Origin: Octopus sinensis
Taxonomy: Eukaryota
Direction: 5' to 3'
DNA: 64,000 nt
Assembly: GCF_006345805.1 (NCBI RefSeq)
Contig: NC_042997.1
Location: forward strand, 117,304,001 to 117,368,000
The notes under the pieces are model-generated. The model made no database searches. It saw nothing but the letters and a program-made list of their open reading frames with translations, and had not been told where the DNA came from. The position numbers and the translations under genes were made by a program. Shown in pieces: positions 38,285 through 51,160 of the stretch (its first letter is position 1; every line of letters starts with the position of its first letter).

Positions 38285-38500
38285 TAGAAAAGACACCAAA
38301 TGTAGCGAAAAGTGCTTTACAGTGGAAACCGGATGGATATAGAAGGAGAGGTAGGCCTAAGAACTCGTGGCGTAGATCAACACAAAAGGAACTAGAGAAA
38401 GGGGGACATTCATGGCAGAGTATAAATACAGAAGCGAAAAATTATGCGACATGGAATTCAACTATAAGTGACCTATACTCCGCGTTGGAGTGTTTTTGCT
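38285..38500 (+). mobile_element. RTE-clade LINE 3' fragment
   Basis: AKSALQWKPDGYRRRGRPKNSWRRS..KEL...G.SW. Confidence 0.8.
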
Positions 38501-38897
38501 TTTATTTTCTTTCCATGCAGCTCAGTTTGTAAATGGGAAGGGCCAATATACATAAATAAAGTGCTGAACAATGTGTATGCGTTTGTCAATGTAAAAGACT
38601 ACTGAAATTTTAAATACCAACTGGATATCAGTTCAAAATTGTTTCCCCGATATCTTTTTAGCATTTGTTGAGAATGCAATTACGATTAATAAAAAATCTT
38701 TAGTTTTCCTTTGCCCAGTGTAAGAATCGTATAAAAAATTTAACACTTTGTGTATTGTAGAAGTGTAACTAATTTATTGTACATAAATTTAAACAAAATC
38801 TTGTGGGCCCCCAGCAGAGCCATATGGATCCCGGTTGAGAACCACTGTCTTATACTCTGTTCAGTTAGTTTTAAGTGACACACAACGTTCAATCTTC

Positions 38898-38956
<59 letters not shown>

Positions 38957-39869
38957 CCCCTCTCTCTCTCTCTCTCCATGTATTTGCGTGTGTGTCTGTG
39001 ATATGGTTAGCAGTTTGAGCGCTTGTAAAGTTCACTTCTTTATCACGAGGATCTGCTTTCAATCCTTGTGCGCGGCATTTTGAGGATATGCCTTTTGCTA
39101 TACTTTTGGGTAATCCCAAGAATTGTGACTGAAAGTGGAACGGATACTGTGAGGTTAACCTTAGAATGAACTATACCAAATTATCGAAAAGACCATCCTT
39201 GTCACTTCCAGTTTCACACAACTTATTCCACGTGTAAATATGTCTAATTTCTGAATTTCTCTCACATCGCGAATAATTATACACGCATCAAGTGATCATA
39301 TTACTAATGATATATTACTAATGATTGTTATTGATATGTTTGAAAGTTCAATAATCATCACTTTTCCTCTATCACACATTAAACGAACATGACACGAATT
39401 GAGATATTTCTGACGTCATTTATGATTTTTATTCCAGTAAAAGTATATTCAGACCTTGTACATTGTTTCTGAAAATCAGGAATATATCTGCAATATATAT
39501 TGATTTAAAATTTTGGCACAAGGGCAGAAAGTTTGGGAATCGGGCTAAGTTGATTACAGCGACTCCAGTGCTGTGCTGGTACTTTGATGTCATTTGACAG
39601 TTCTAATCTATATTTTACTACGGTCCGTTTAGAACTATTTTTTGCATACTGTAGGTATTACGGTAAATTAAATTGTAGTAGCTTCAGCTTAGCAGGATTA
39701 AACGCTCTATTTTGTTTGGGAATGCAGTATAGAATATTGTGAATATTCTATGAATTGTGAATATTGCGCCTTTTCTAAAGCAAGAAATTGTGAAATACAC
39801 ACACAAACACACACACACTCATACATATATCGTCAGAAGAATTCTATCACTTCTTAACAACAGTTATAG

Positions 39870-40085
39870 TGTTGGTTTCAAATTTTGGCACAGTGACAAG
39901 ATCGGTGGGAAGGATTTAGTTAATTGCATCGACCCCAGCTCTCTACTGGTACTTATTTCATCGACCCCGGAAGGATGACAGGTAAAGTGGACCTCGGCGG
40001 AATTTGAGCTCAGAGCTTAAGGACGGACGAAGAACCGCTAAGCATTTTGCCCGGCCTGCTAACGACTCTACCAGCTCGCCGCCTT
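39870..40085 (-). mobile_element. Family C SINE
   Basis: atcgaccccggaaggatga..ggtaaagtggacctcggcggaatttgagctcagagc...ccagctcgcc. Confidence 0.8.
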
Positions 40086-40154
40086 ATATCTGCAATATAT
40101 ATTAGCAACAAAAGTCTCTGGTACGTCAACCCATTTCATAATATTTTTCGAAAG

Positions 40155-40560
40155 GCATGCGTATGTGGTTAAGAAGCTCACTTTGCAACCACGTGGTTTC
40201 GGGTTCAATCCCACTGCATGGTGCTTTCGGCAAGTGTCTTCTATTATAGCCTCGGGCCGACCAACGCCTTGTGAGTGGATCTGCGTAAGTTTGTGGAAGT
40301 CCGTCGCATATGTGTGTATGTGTGTGCGTGTGTGTTTGTGTTCGTGTCAGTGCACGCGCATATCTGTGTGCATGACATCCCCCACCAAGGCTTGATAACC
40401 GGTATTGGTTTGTTTTCATCCACGTAACTTAGTGGTTTTGCAATATATGTACCATACTTTAAAAAAAAGTAAGTACTAGGGTTGATTTGCTCGACTAAGT
40501 CCTTCATGGTGGTGCCCCAGCATGGGCGCAGTTCAATGGCTATAACAAGTACAAGATAAA
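40155..40560 (+). mobile_element. Family A SINE, older variant
   Basis: gtggttaagaagctc...gggttcaatcccactgc...ggtggtgccccagcatgggcgcag. Confidence 0.8.
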
Positions 40561-42209
40561 ATAAAATTATTCATGGTTGTTTATTTTGATGGTTGAGTTT
40601 AACAATGTTTGCCTATCCTTGATACGGGTATTATTTTATTTTACTATCTTCTGTCTGATTAATTAAATGCATAATTGAAATTTTTTGTGCTAGTCATTAC
40701 AAAAATGTAATTCTGTCAAAATAAAAACAATTTAAGTTAAATGATTCGTTTGTATAAACATAAAACAATATGAAACAAAGCATTTCATTTTGACAGATTT
40801 TTTTTTAATTTAGAAAACATTCAGCTAAGGAAATAATACATTATTATCAAGCATTTACTGATAATGAAAACAGGAAAGCTATTGTGTCCGACCAATTAAT
40901 TAAAAATTCTTTAATTACATGGTTAATGATTTGCTACTTTTCTAAGGACTTGAACAATATTATGTTGGAAGTAGGTGGAGGTATTTTCTTGTAGACTAGA
41001 CACAGATAAGTTTGCACATTTCAATTACTGCGTAAATATATTGATATATTTCGAGTTCTATGAATAATTAATAAATTATTCGCTTAAATAATAATTGGCG
41101 TATTACACCGTTAACACATGAAAACATTTCATTCTGGAGACTTCGAATATGATTTTAAATAAAAATTGAAAACGTAATAAATAATTAACATTATAACTGG
41201 TCGCTTAAACAATTAAAATTTTGGCAATTCTTCTGGATTATGAATACAGTAAAACATACTCAGCATTACAAATGGTTTCTTAATTAAAACTGAGGTCATT
41301 TTTTTGGATTATGAATACGTTAAAACTTAGTTAACAAGTATGTTAGCCAATAGAAATTGAAACAATTCTTCTGGATCATAATTAATTTTGCTGCAACTAT
41401 CTTTATCAATAAATATTTGTTTCAGCATCTTGAACAAGACTTTTCTTGGAATATTTTGATTTCGAAGCACCCAATGAATATCCAGATGAATATGTGTAAA
41501 TGAAATTATAATTTCTTTGTAGAGCACAGACCATATACAATAAATATAATAGTTTAGCCGTCACTTGCAAGCGAGAATGGCCAAATAGCTTGAACCATGC
41601 TTTTCGCTAATTTTGGTGTTGTGTCTATGCAGTCACGATCAGACATGGACACTCTCTCGTCTCTTTCACTTTTAACACTGTGGACGTGACTTCTGAAAGG
41701 GGTAAGAGTACACCAGCAATTAGGCTGGAGCTTATTTTCAGCTGGGTAAACAAGAACAACGTGAAATGAAGTGCTTTGCTCAAAGACAACGCATCGCTCT
41801 GTCCAAAAATCGAATCTACTAACTTGTAATTATGAACCTTATATCCTAACGCTTGAATTAGCGCCTACGCGAATAGGGAAATATAGTTGAGCTCTTCTTT
41901 GTAGTTTTATGTCAGTCTGAGAACAAATAAAATATCGATTTCTAAAATGGCATAAAGCTACCAAACAATCAATTAAATTCATCCTTGGACATCACCATTG
42001 CTCATCCTACTGAGTTCAGACTAAATTGAAGCTAAAGTCAAGACCGAATCCCAAGGCATTGTGCACAACGAACGTTTACGAATCTATCAATCTGTGAAAC
42101 TAATACAATAATTACTAACTTCGAAATGACTGAAGTAAAGTGAATTGTAATAATTTTATGAACCTGGGCACAGAACTTTTCTTAATTTGAGTTGCTGAAG
42201 GCGACAAGC

Positions 42210-42410
42210 AAGCAGAATCTTTAGCGCGCTGATTAGAATGCTTAGCGACATTTCTTCCTGTTCTTTACATTCCAAGTTCAAATCCCGTCAGGGACAACTT
42301 TGTCTTTAATCCTTTTGAGGTCGATAAAATAAGCACCGATCTAGTAATGGTGTTGATGTAACCGTCTAACGCCCTTCCGCTAAAAGTGCTGACCTTGTGC
42401 TAAAATTCAA
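42210..42410 (+). mobile_element. Family C SINE just upstream of the TRPC exon
   Basis: cagaatc.ttagcgcgc...aagttcaaatccc...tcctttt.aggtcgataaaataag. Confidence 0.7.
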
Positions 42411-42497
42411 AATAATTTTTTTTTGCTGGAATTTTTTTGGGCCAGAGAAGAACTATCACCAGTATTTAATATTCTTCTTTGTTTTGTTTTTTTGCAG

Positions 42498-42989
42498 GTG
42501 GTTGAACTACTTCTTGATAGATGCAACTCCACAACTATCCATGAAGCACTCTTGCAAGCTATTAGTGCTGGTCACGAAAATATAGCTGAAACCATTCTGA
42601 AACATCCCAAATATAAAGACATCAAAAGAGAAAATAAACGTTTTGGAGAAACAGACTACTTCTATAACCAGACAAGCGAAGATTCACCATTTTCCTCCGA
42701 TATCACACCGCTTATTTTAGCAGCAGAACGTAACCAGTTTGAAATAGTTCAACTATTGTTATTAAGAGGTGACACTATTCAGAAACCGCATCACTATTAC
42801 TGCGCATGTCAGGAATGTAATAACAAGTTGCAGTTCGACCAATTGAGACTTGCCAAAACAAGGCTCAATGCATACCGGGGTTTAGCAAGCGGTGCATACA
42901 TATCCTTATCAAGTAAGGATCCGGTTCTCACTGCATTTGAACTCGCTCAAGAATTAAGAGATGTAGCACGGGTCGAGAAATATTTCAAG
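42498..42989 (+). CDS. TRPC: Internal coding exon (164 codons, phase 0-0) of a TRPC-family (short transient receptor potential / TRP-gamma-like) cation channel: ankyrin repeats plus TRP_2 domain
   Basis: Acceptor ttttttttgcag|GTG and donor AAG|gtaaat. Open frame VVELLLDRC...SDITPLILAAERNQFEIVQLLLLRG...KPHHYYCACQEC...RLNAYRGLAS..YISLSSKDPVLTAFEL..EL...A.VEKYFK matches the TRPC signatures (ITPLILAA ankyrin, HxxxCxCxxC zinc site, RLNAYRGLAS, DP(V/I)LTAFEL). Subfamily not assignable by eye; flanking exons not found in window. Confidence 0.93.
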
Positions 42990-43016
42990 GTAAATTATAT
43001 ATTATATTGCATTATT

Positions 43017-43191
43017 CAGTTCTATATTTAAGAGACGAGGACTTATGTACATTAAATTGACGGATATTTGTCCTCATCTTGTTTATTGTTAACACAACGT
43101 TTCGGCTGATATACCATCCAGCCTTCATCAGGTGTCTTGGGGAAATTTTGAACATGGGTTCTCATTCCCAAGGTATTTTTCGATCTTGGTG

Positions 43192-43242
<51 letters not shown>

Positions 43243-43325
43243 TCACTGCCTGGAGTCGAACTCGGAATCTTGGGGTTAGTATCCCGCGCTCTTAACCACT
43301 ACACCATATGCCCGTGGGCATATGG
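43017..43325 (-). mobile_element. tRNA-head/(AAT)n/hammerhead-tail element, copy 1 (intact), plus inverted tail segment at 43329-43392
   Basis: A-box-like 43296-43306, B-box-like 43252-43263, (AAT)n 43195-43238, tail 43017-43185 ending aaatatagaactg. Confidence 0.85.
43091..43136 (-). ncRNA. Minimal type I hammerhead ribozyme motif (Penelope-type, palindromic stem III)
   Basis: Minus strand GACAC CTGATGA A GGCTG(gatggtatat)CAGCC GAAA CG TT GTGTT: stem I GACAC/GTGTT, intact core, 5-bp stem II, AACGTT palindrome. Confidence 0.75.
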
Positions 43326-43449
43326 CATACGTTGTGTTAACAACAAACAAGTTGAAGACAAATATCCGTCAATTGTAAATAATGTAAATAATGTTTATTG
43401 TATTATTGTTTATTATTGTTGTATTTGTTGATGAAGCGGCGACCTGATA

Positions 43450-43650
43450 TAGTCGTTAGTGAACTGGACAAAATGCTTAATGGTATTTCTTCCGGCTCTT
43501 TACACCATAACTTCAAATTCTGCCGGGATCGATTTCACCTTTCATCCTTTTAGGGTTAATAAAATAGGTACCAGTTGAACACTGGGGTCGATGTAATCGA
43601 TTTAATGACTCCTTTAAAAATTGCTGGCTTGGTGGCAAAATTTGAAACCA
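43450..43650 (+). mobile_element. Family C SINE
   Basis: aaatgcttaatggtatttc...ttcaaattctgcc...ctttcatcctttt.gggtt.ataaaataggtaccagttgaacactggggtcgatgtaatcga. Confidence 0.8.
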
Positions 43651-43812
43651 TTATTTTGTTGTTGTTGACTAGTTTCAGGTTAGACATGACAAACAAGACA
43701 TATGAACAACGAGACAGCATCCTCCGCTTTTTTAGGGTTTTACCTATCCAAGACAGCTTTAGCAAAACTTTTGGATATTTCATATTCAAACACTAAACAG
43801 TATCCGTGGTCA

Positions 43813-44005
43813 TTACATATCCAAAACTATAGATAATATTCTTGATCATTATAAACAATATCGTTGGATATTACATATGCCAGGCTATCAATAATATCTG
43901 AACATTACAAACAATATTGTTGGATCTTACATATCCAAAACTATAGATAATATCTTCGAACATTACAAACAATATCGTTGGATATTACATATGCCAGACT
44001 ACATT
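43813..44005. repeat. Minisatellite, alternating units of about 58 and 56 bp
   Basis: ttacatatccaaaactatagataatat...aaacaatatcgttggata and ttacatatgccag.cta...aacattacaaacaatattgttggatc alternate. Confidence 0.85.
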
Positions 44006-44479
44006 AATATACTTAAGCATAATATATCTAAGCCTGCATCAGCGAAGCTTCCCCTGTCTCTTCAAAACAGTAGGGCGTGATTTAAGAGAGATTTATCAGC
44101 GTCTGCTAACAAGTCGAGCAATAAACAGGGGCACCGGTTTTGGTTTATAGCTGTATACCAAGCGGGTGATATTTCGTAAGAGCCGTTTGATTTAGTAAAC
44201 ATTTCTGATAAAAGTGTGCTAAGTTAACCATATACTATAGAAAAGCTTAACTTAGACTCTTTTAAAACGTGACCTGCCTAGCAAAGCTGCGGAAGGTTGA
44301 TGAGTTCGACTTAAGTGTACTCGGCAAGAGGCAAGTATTGTTCATGAACGCTATAGAATTGTATCCCGAATGGAATTTTAGACACTTTTACAAGTTCTCT
44401 CTGTTTACTTTCTCTCTCTCCCTCTCTCTCCATGTAGGTATGAGTGTATTTATATGTGTGGGGTGTGCTTTAGTTTACA

Positions 44480-44501
44480 CACTCACACAACACACATATA
44501 T

Positions 44502-44543
<42 letters not shown>

Positions 44544-45946
44544 ATATATATCTTCACATATATGTTTTTGTATATATATTATATATGTGCGTGTGTCTGT
44601 GTATAGGAAAAATAGTAACACGCACACAATTTTTTTTACATATATATATTTTTCACATATATGTTTGTGTATATATATATATATATATATATATGTGCGT
44701 GTGTCTGTGTATAGGAAAATATGTAACACGCACTCAATTTTTTTTACATATATATATATATGTATATTTATATAAATATATTATATATATACACACAGAC
44801 ACATATACATTTGCTATGAGTGAAATAAACCTTTTCCCTCTTCATTCTATTTCCTCAATTTATATATAGATTATATATATATGAAAAAAAGATTTCTTTA
44901 AAATGATAAACGGATAAATCAAATTTTCTTTACGATAATCGTATTTGATTTCGTCGCTATCAGACTGTGGCACACTTCTTTATTCTCTCAAACTGCAAAT
45001 AAAATAATTATATCAAATATAGAACTCCTTCATAAAAGTATCCATTCAAATAATAACATGCGCTATATATGCTTGTGTGAGAAAATGTGTATGTCTGAGT
45101 GTATATTTATATATGTGTGTGTGGAGAGTGAGAGAGAGAAAGAGAACATCTGAAGTGAAAAATATAGGGTGAGATCTTTAAACTATATAAACGTGACCTC
45201 TGCATGACAGATCACAAAATCGCTAGAGGTCTGAAGTTGATGGGTGTGTGTGTACGTGTGCGCGTGGATGTTTCTGTGTTTGTATATGTATGCATGAATG
45301 TGTGCCTATATGTGTGTGGTGTATCTATAATATATATATATATAATATATATAGAGAGAGAGAGAGGAGAGAGAGAGAGAGACAGACAGACGGGAGAGAG
45401 CTAGACAAACGATATAGATACATATTTGCATATATTATATATATTATATTACATATACGTATATACATACATATATATAAATATACGTATATACATATGC
45501 ACACATATATACAAACACATATATATACACATATATATATATATATATATACGTGTATATATACATATATTTTATATATACATGTATATATTATATACAT
45601 ACACATTTACATATATATATATGCATATGTATTATATATATATATGCATATATATATTATATATATACATACATATTATGTATATACATACACATATACA
45701 TACATACACATACATATTATGTATATACATACACATATACATACATACACATACATATATATACATATATGCATACATATATATTGATATATATTATATA
45801 CATACACATATGCATATTATATATATACATACATATATACATACATATACATACATATATATACATATATATACATATATATATATACATACATATATAC
45901 ATATACACATATATACATACATACATATACACATATATACATATAT
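44480..45946. repeat. Compound TA/TACA microsatellite-rich region
   Basis: Direct reading. Confidence 0.9.
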
Positions 45947-46245
45947 AAAGGGAAAGTTTACGAAAGTAAACAAATGACGAAGGCAAGTGGAGTACAAACA
46001 AACAAATGTATTAGTATAGCGCTCAGGAATAGAAAAAGTATTTTACGTTTCGAGCCAACGCTCTTCGACAGAAAGATACACAGAAAAAACAAGGAGAGAA
46101 ACAAGGAAAGAAAAAAATGCGTGTAGGAGCTAACAATCTATCATGGCGTCCTGACTTCGGACAGTTGTCAAACGCGAGAGGGACAGTAGGGGGAATAACA
46201 GGGTCAAGTGACTTCCAATTAGAAGGTACCCCCAACACAAAGGTG
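45947..46245 (-). mobile_element. Penelope-like terminal repeat with hammerhead-like motif
   Basis: Minus strand cttt CTGTCGA A GAGC gttg GCTC GAAA CG TA aaatac; ttcctgagcg..taatac.attt shared with the 35330-35530 family. Confidence 0.6.
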
Positions 46246-46946
46246 CGTGCGTGAGTAAGAGAGTATGTGTGTGCGTGTGAAAGAGGGCTGGTGGTCTGGA
46301 CGTGTGTGATTATGTATGCGTGGGTGTGGAGATGTGGGGATGGGTGTGTGGGTGGTATATTGTGATGATATATGTGTATGTATGTGTAGGTGTAAAGATT
46401 CGGTGATGTAATGTGTAATGTTGTATGGTGTAGTGTAGTGTGGTATGATGTTGTGGGGGAGATGGGGGACGAGAGTGGGGAAAGCACAGGTGGGGTGTGG
46501 GTTCGGCAGGGGGGTGGGGTAGAGTGGGGGTTGTGGGTAAGTAGAGGGTGAGGTTAGAGATGAGGTATGTGGGAGAGGGGTATGAGATATGGGTGAGGTA
46601 TGACGGGGAGAAGTGTGGGATAGGGGTGAGGTGTGTAGAGATGGGTGGGGGAGGGGTGGGAAGGATAGGGAAGGTGGAGTAGGGGTGGGTGGGTTTATGG
46701 GGGAGGGGAAGGTGGGTATATGAGGTGAGAGAGGAGGAGAGAAGAGAGGGGGACGGGGAATGGGAGAGATAGGGGGAGAGAAGAGAGGGGAGGGGGAATA
46801 CATATATATATACATACATACACATATATATATATACATACATACATACACATATATATATACATACATACATATATATATATATACATACATACATATA
46901 TGTATATAGACATACATACATATATATATATAGACATACATACATA

Positions 46947-46978
<32 letters not shown>

Positions 46979-47338
46979 CTTATATATACATACACATATA
47001 TACATACATACTTATATATACATACACATATATATATATAGACATACACACACATATATATAGACATAAACATATATATACATACATACTTATATATACA
47101 TACACACATATATATATATAGACATACACACATATATATATAGACATAAACATATATATACATACATACACATATATATACATACATACATATACATATA
47201 CATATTATATATATATATATACATACATACATACACATACATACATATATATACACACAAACATATATATACACACATGTATATACACACATATATATAC
47301 AACATATAATTACATATACAATATATATATATAATATG

Positions 47339-47392
<54 letters not shown>

Positions 47393-47400
47393 TATATATG

Positions 47401-49070
47401 GCACTCACAGAAACGCATCTTGAACCCGATATAGGTGATGCAGAATACACATGCCGCATATGCAGTCATACGCACAGATAGAAAAGGGAGGAGCCATGGT
47501 GGAGTTGCAATGTACACCCGAGATGACCTCACGCCCCAGGTCCTGTTGTCATATTCAAACTCAGTGTGTGAAACTCAAATTGTACACATAAGACAACTGA
47601 AATATCGTCATATGCACTACATATCGCCCACCAGATGCCCCAAATCACTCAGGCATGTTTGAAGACTGCCTAACAAAAAATAGGAGAAGTCCTCACCAAC
47701 TTGAACAACACAACAGTGTATTCTTCATGGGTGACTTTAACCTCCCCAATGTGGTATGGCCTGGGGGGGGGCAGATGCTCCCAGGGATGACACACCATCA
47801 GCAGGCACAGGAGAGTCCCTGCTCCATCTCACAAATGCCTCTTTCATGGAGCAAATAGTTCTGCAACAACAAGGGCAGATAATATACTGGATCTCTGCTT
47901 CACAAACAATATGGATATTATCCATAATGTTATGTGATGCCGACAAAGATCTCGGATCACAACATAATAGAGCTGTCTATGTATGGAACAAAAGCCCCCG
48001 TAGACACACAGCCTATACGAAGCATCCACCTTCTCTCCAACTTAAACTTTCATAAAGCAAGCTGGAAGTTGATTGAGAAAGAGATCCTGAAACAGGATTG
48101 GCCTAAATGTCTCTCCACACCGGACATAAACATGAAACACAAACACTTCATGTCCATAATACAAGCCATATGTGACAAATATGTCCCAGTGTGCAGGGCC
48201 AGCACATACAAAAACAAAAACAGGATCCCTAGAGAAAGGAAAATTCTTATGTGACGACGGACAAGGATTGCTAACCGCCTGAGCAAGCACACCAAAAGTG
48301 GTAAGAAGTCTCAGCTCCAGAGAATGCTAATGGAAACTGAGAAAAGTCTGCATCAGTCCCATGAAAAGGAGAGAGCAGATAAAGAAGCTTGGGTAATAGA
48401 AAATATAAAATCAAACCCTAAAGCTTTCTTTAAGTTTGCCAAAGAGACAGCCACAGTGCACCAGAGAATAGGACCTCTCTTCCAAAAAGATGGCTCTCTC
48501 ACAGGAAATCAAACGAGGATAAGTGAAATACTGAACGAACAATTCCAAGTGTGTTCACTACACCTTTAGGACACAGGCAAGTAAAACACCCAGAAGAATT
48601 CTTTGCCACTTTACCTGCGGCCAAAGAGGCAAAATTGAGTACATCAACATCGAAGATGATGATATCACACTAGCCATAGATGAGATTGACACAAACTCAG
48701 CTGCTGGACCTGATGGATTCCCAGCGATCCTTCTCAAATCGTGCAAACGAGCCCTTGCAAAACCGCTACAGCTTCTTTTTCAGAGCTTTCTTGTAAGTGG
48801 TAAGCTCCCAGTCAAATTGAAAGAGGGGGCAATATGCCCTATCCATACGGGAGGTAGCAGAGCAGATGCTAAAAATTATAGGCCTATCTCTCTGACCTCA
48901 CACATCGGCTAAGTCATGGAACGAATAGTCCATAAGAAACTAATCATGTTCCTTTAAGAAAATGACTTGCTGTTTGACACCCAGCATGGATTTCGACCAG
49001 GTAGAAGCTGCCTAACGCAGCTCCTGCAACAGTCATAGGTGTTGAAACAGCTACTGAATGGCTCAAATGT
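47401..49070 (+). mobile_element. CR1-group LINE copy A, 5' part (APE endonuclease to early RT), frameshifted
   Basis: [68 protein letters not shown]. Confidence 0.92.
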
Positions 49071-49123
49071 GTATATATGTATGTATATATATATGTATGT
49101 ATGTATATATATATGTATGTATG

Positions 49124-49156
<33 letters not shown>

Positions 49157-49215
49157 ATATATACATATGTATGTATATATATACATATGTATGTATATAT
49201 CTACATATGTGTATG

Positions 49216-49288
<73 letters not shown>

Positions 49289-49412
49289 TATACATATGTA
49301 TGTATGTATATATATTATATTTATATATATACATATGTTATAATATATATATATATAATAATGGCCACAGCTCGTGAGCTGATGAAACTAGAATCAATCA
49401 ATCATATGTATG

Positions 49413-49458
<46 letters not shown>

Positions 49459-49489
49459 GTATGTATGTATGTAGTATATATATTGGGAA

Positions 49490-49831
49490 GCACTCCGTCG
49501 ATTACGACGATGAGGGTTCGGTTGATCCGAATCAACGGAACAGCCTGCTCCTGAAATTAACGATATTCAGGATATCGGGGATATTCAGCGTGACACAGAG
49601 AGTGACGAGGCCTAGCCCCTTGAAATACAGGTACAACAGAAACAGGAAGTAAGAGTGAGAGAAAGTCGTGGTGAAAGAGTACAGCAGGGATCACCACCAT
49701 CCTCTGCCGGCGCCTCGTCGAGCTTTTAGGTGTTTTCGCTCAATAAACACTCACAATGCCCGGTCTGGGAATCGAAACCGCGGTCCTATGACCGCGAGTC
49801 CGCTGCCCTAACCATTGGGCCATTCCGCCTC

Positions 49832-49832
<1 letters not shown>
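49490..49832 (-). mobile_element. Family B SINE, tail type ii
   Basis: Homologous to 1060-1437. Confidence 0.88.
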
Positions 49833-49880
<48 letters not shown>

Positions 49881-50003
49881 GTTTATATATATATATATTA
49901 TATGATATATATATATTATGTTTATATGTATTATATATATATAAGTATATATATATATATATGTTTATATATATAATATATATATGTTATAATTATATAT
50001 ATA

Positions 50004-50046
<43 letters not shown>

Positions 50047-50058
50047 GTTTTATATATA

Positions 50059-50091
<33 letters not shown>

Positions 50092-50204
50092 GTTTATATA
50101 TATATATATATATATAATATATATATATTATATATATATATATATATGTTTATATGTATATATATATATGTTTATATATGATGATGTTGATTGATTGATG
50201 ATGA

Positions 50205-50332
50205 TTCTAGTTTCAGCTTATGAGCTGTGGCATGCTGGGGCACCGCCATTTGGTATGTGCTACTTGGTTTCATCATGGAGGCTTTCTAGCAACTGATATT
50301 TGGTGAATGAGAGAGTCGATGCAGCTGCCCTC
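50205..50332 (-). mobile_element. 3' tip of a second CR1-group LINE family
   Basis: Minus strand agggcagctgcatcgactctctcattcacc...ggcggtgccccagcatgccacagctcataagctgaaactaga(atc/atca)n. Confidence 0.65.
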
Positions 50333-50565
50333 ATATATATATATTTATATATATGTTTATATATATAATATATATGTTGATATATATGATTATATATATA
50401 GATATGATATATATGGTCTAGGAGATATATATATATAGGTGTATATATTATGTGATATATATAGATATATATATATATAGGTGTATAGATATATTCGAGA
50501 TAGAGATATCTATAAATATATATGTTATATATATATATAATATATATATATCTATATATGGTTAG

Positions 50566-50627
<62 letters not shown>

Positions 50628-50713
50628 GTTTGTTTGATATATTATATATATATATATATAGAATATATATATATATATGTTTATATATATATATATATAT
50701 ATATAATATGTTT

Positions 50714-50762
<49 letters not shown>

Positions 50763-50786
50763 TATATATATATATATATATATGTT

Positions 50787-50817
<31 letters not shown>

Positions 50818-50928
50818 CGGGTATATATAGATATATATTATATAGGTGTATATATATATATATATATGTTTATATATATATATATATATATTATATAATA
50901 GATTTATATATATATATATATAATATAT

Positions 50929-50983
<55 letters not shown>

Positions 50984-51160
50984 TATATATATATATATAT
51001 ATATATGTTTTTATATATTATATATATATATTATATATATATATATTGTTTATAATATATAATATATATATATATATAATATATATATATTATATATATA
51101 GATTATATATATATGTTTATAATATATATATATATATGTTTATATATATATATATATATA

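Noticed and set aside
42423-43031. 202-aa ORF as a complete gene
   Set aside because: The first 25 and last 13 codons are intronic read-through; only 42498-42989 is TRPC-like.
43240-43320. tRNA gene (and other tRNA-like segments in SINE heads)
   Set aside because: No pairable acceptor stem, non-standard ACT anticodon, and continues into repeat body; SINE head, not a functional tRNA.
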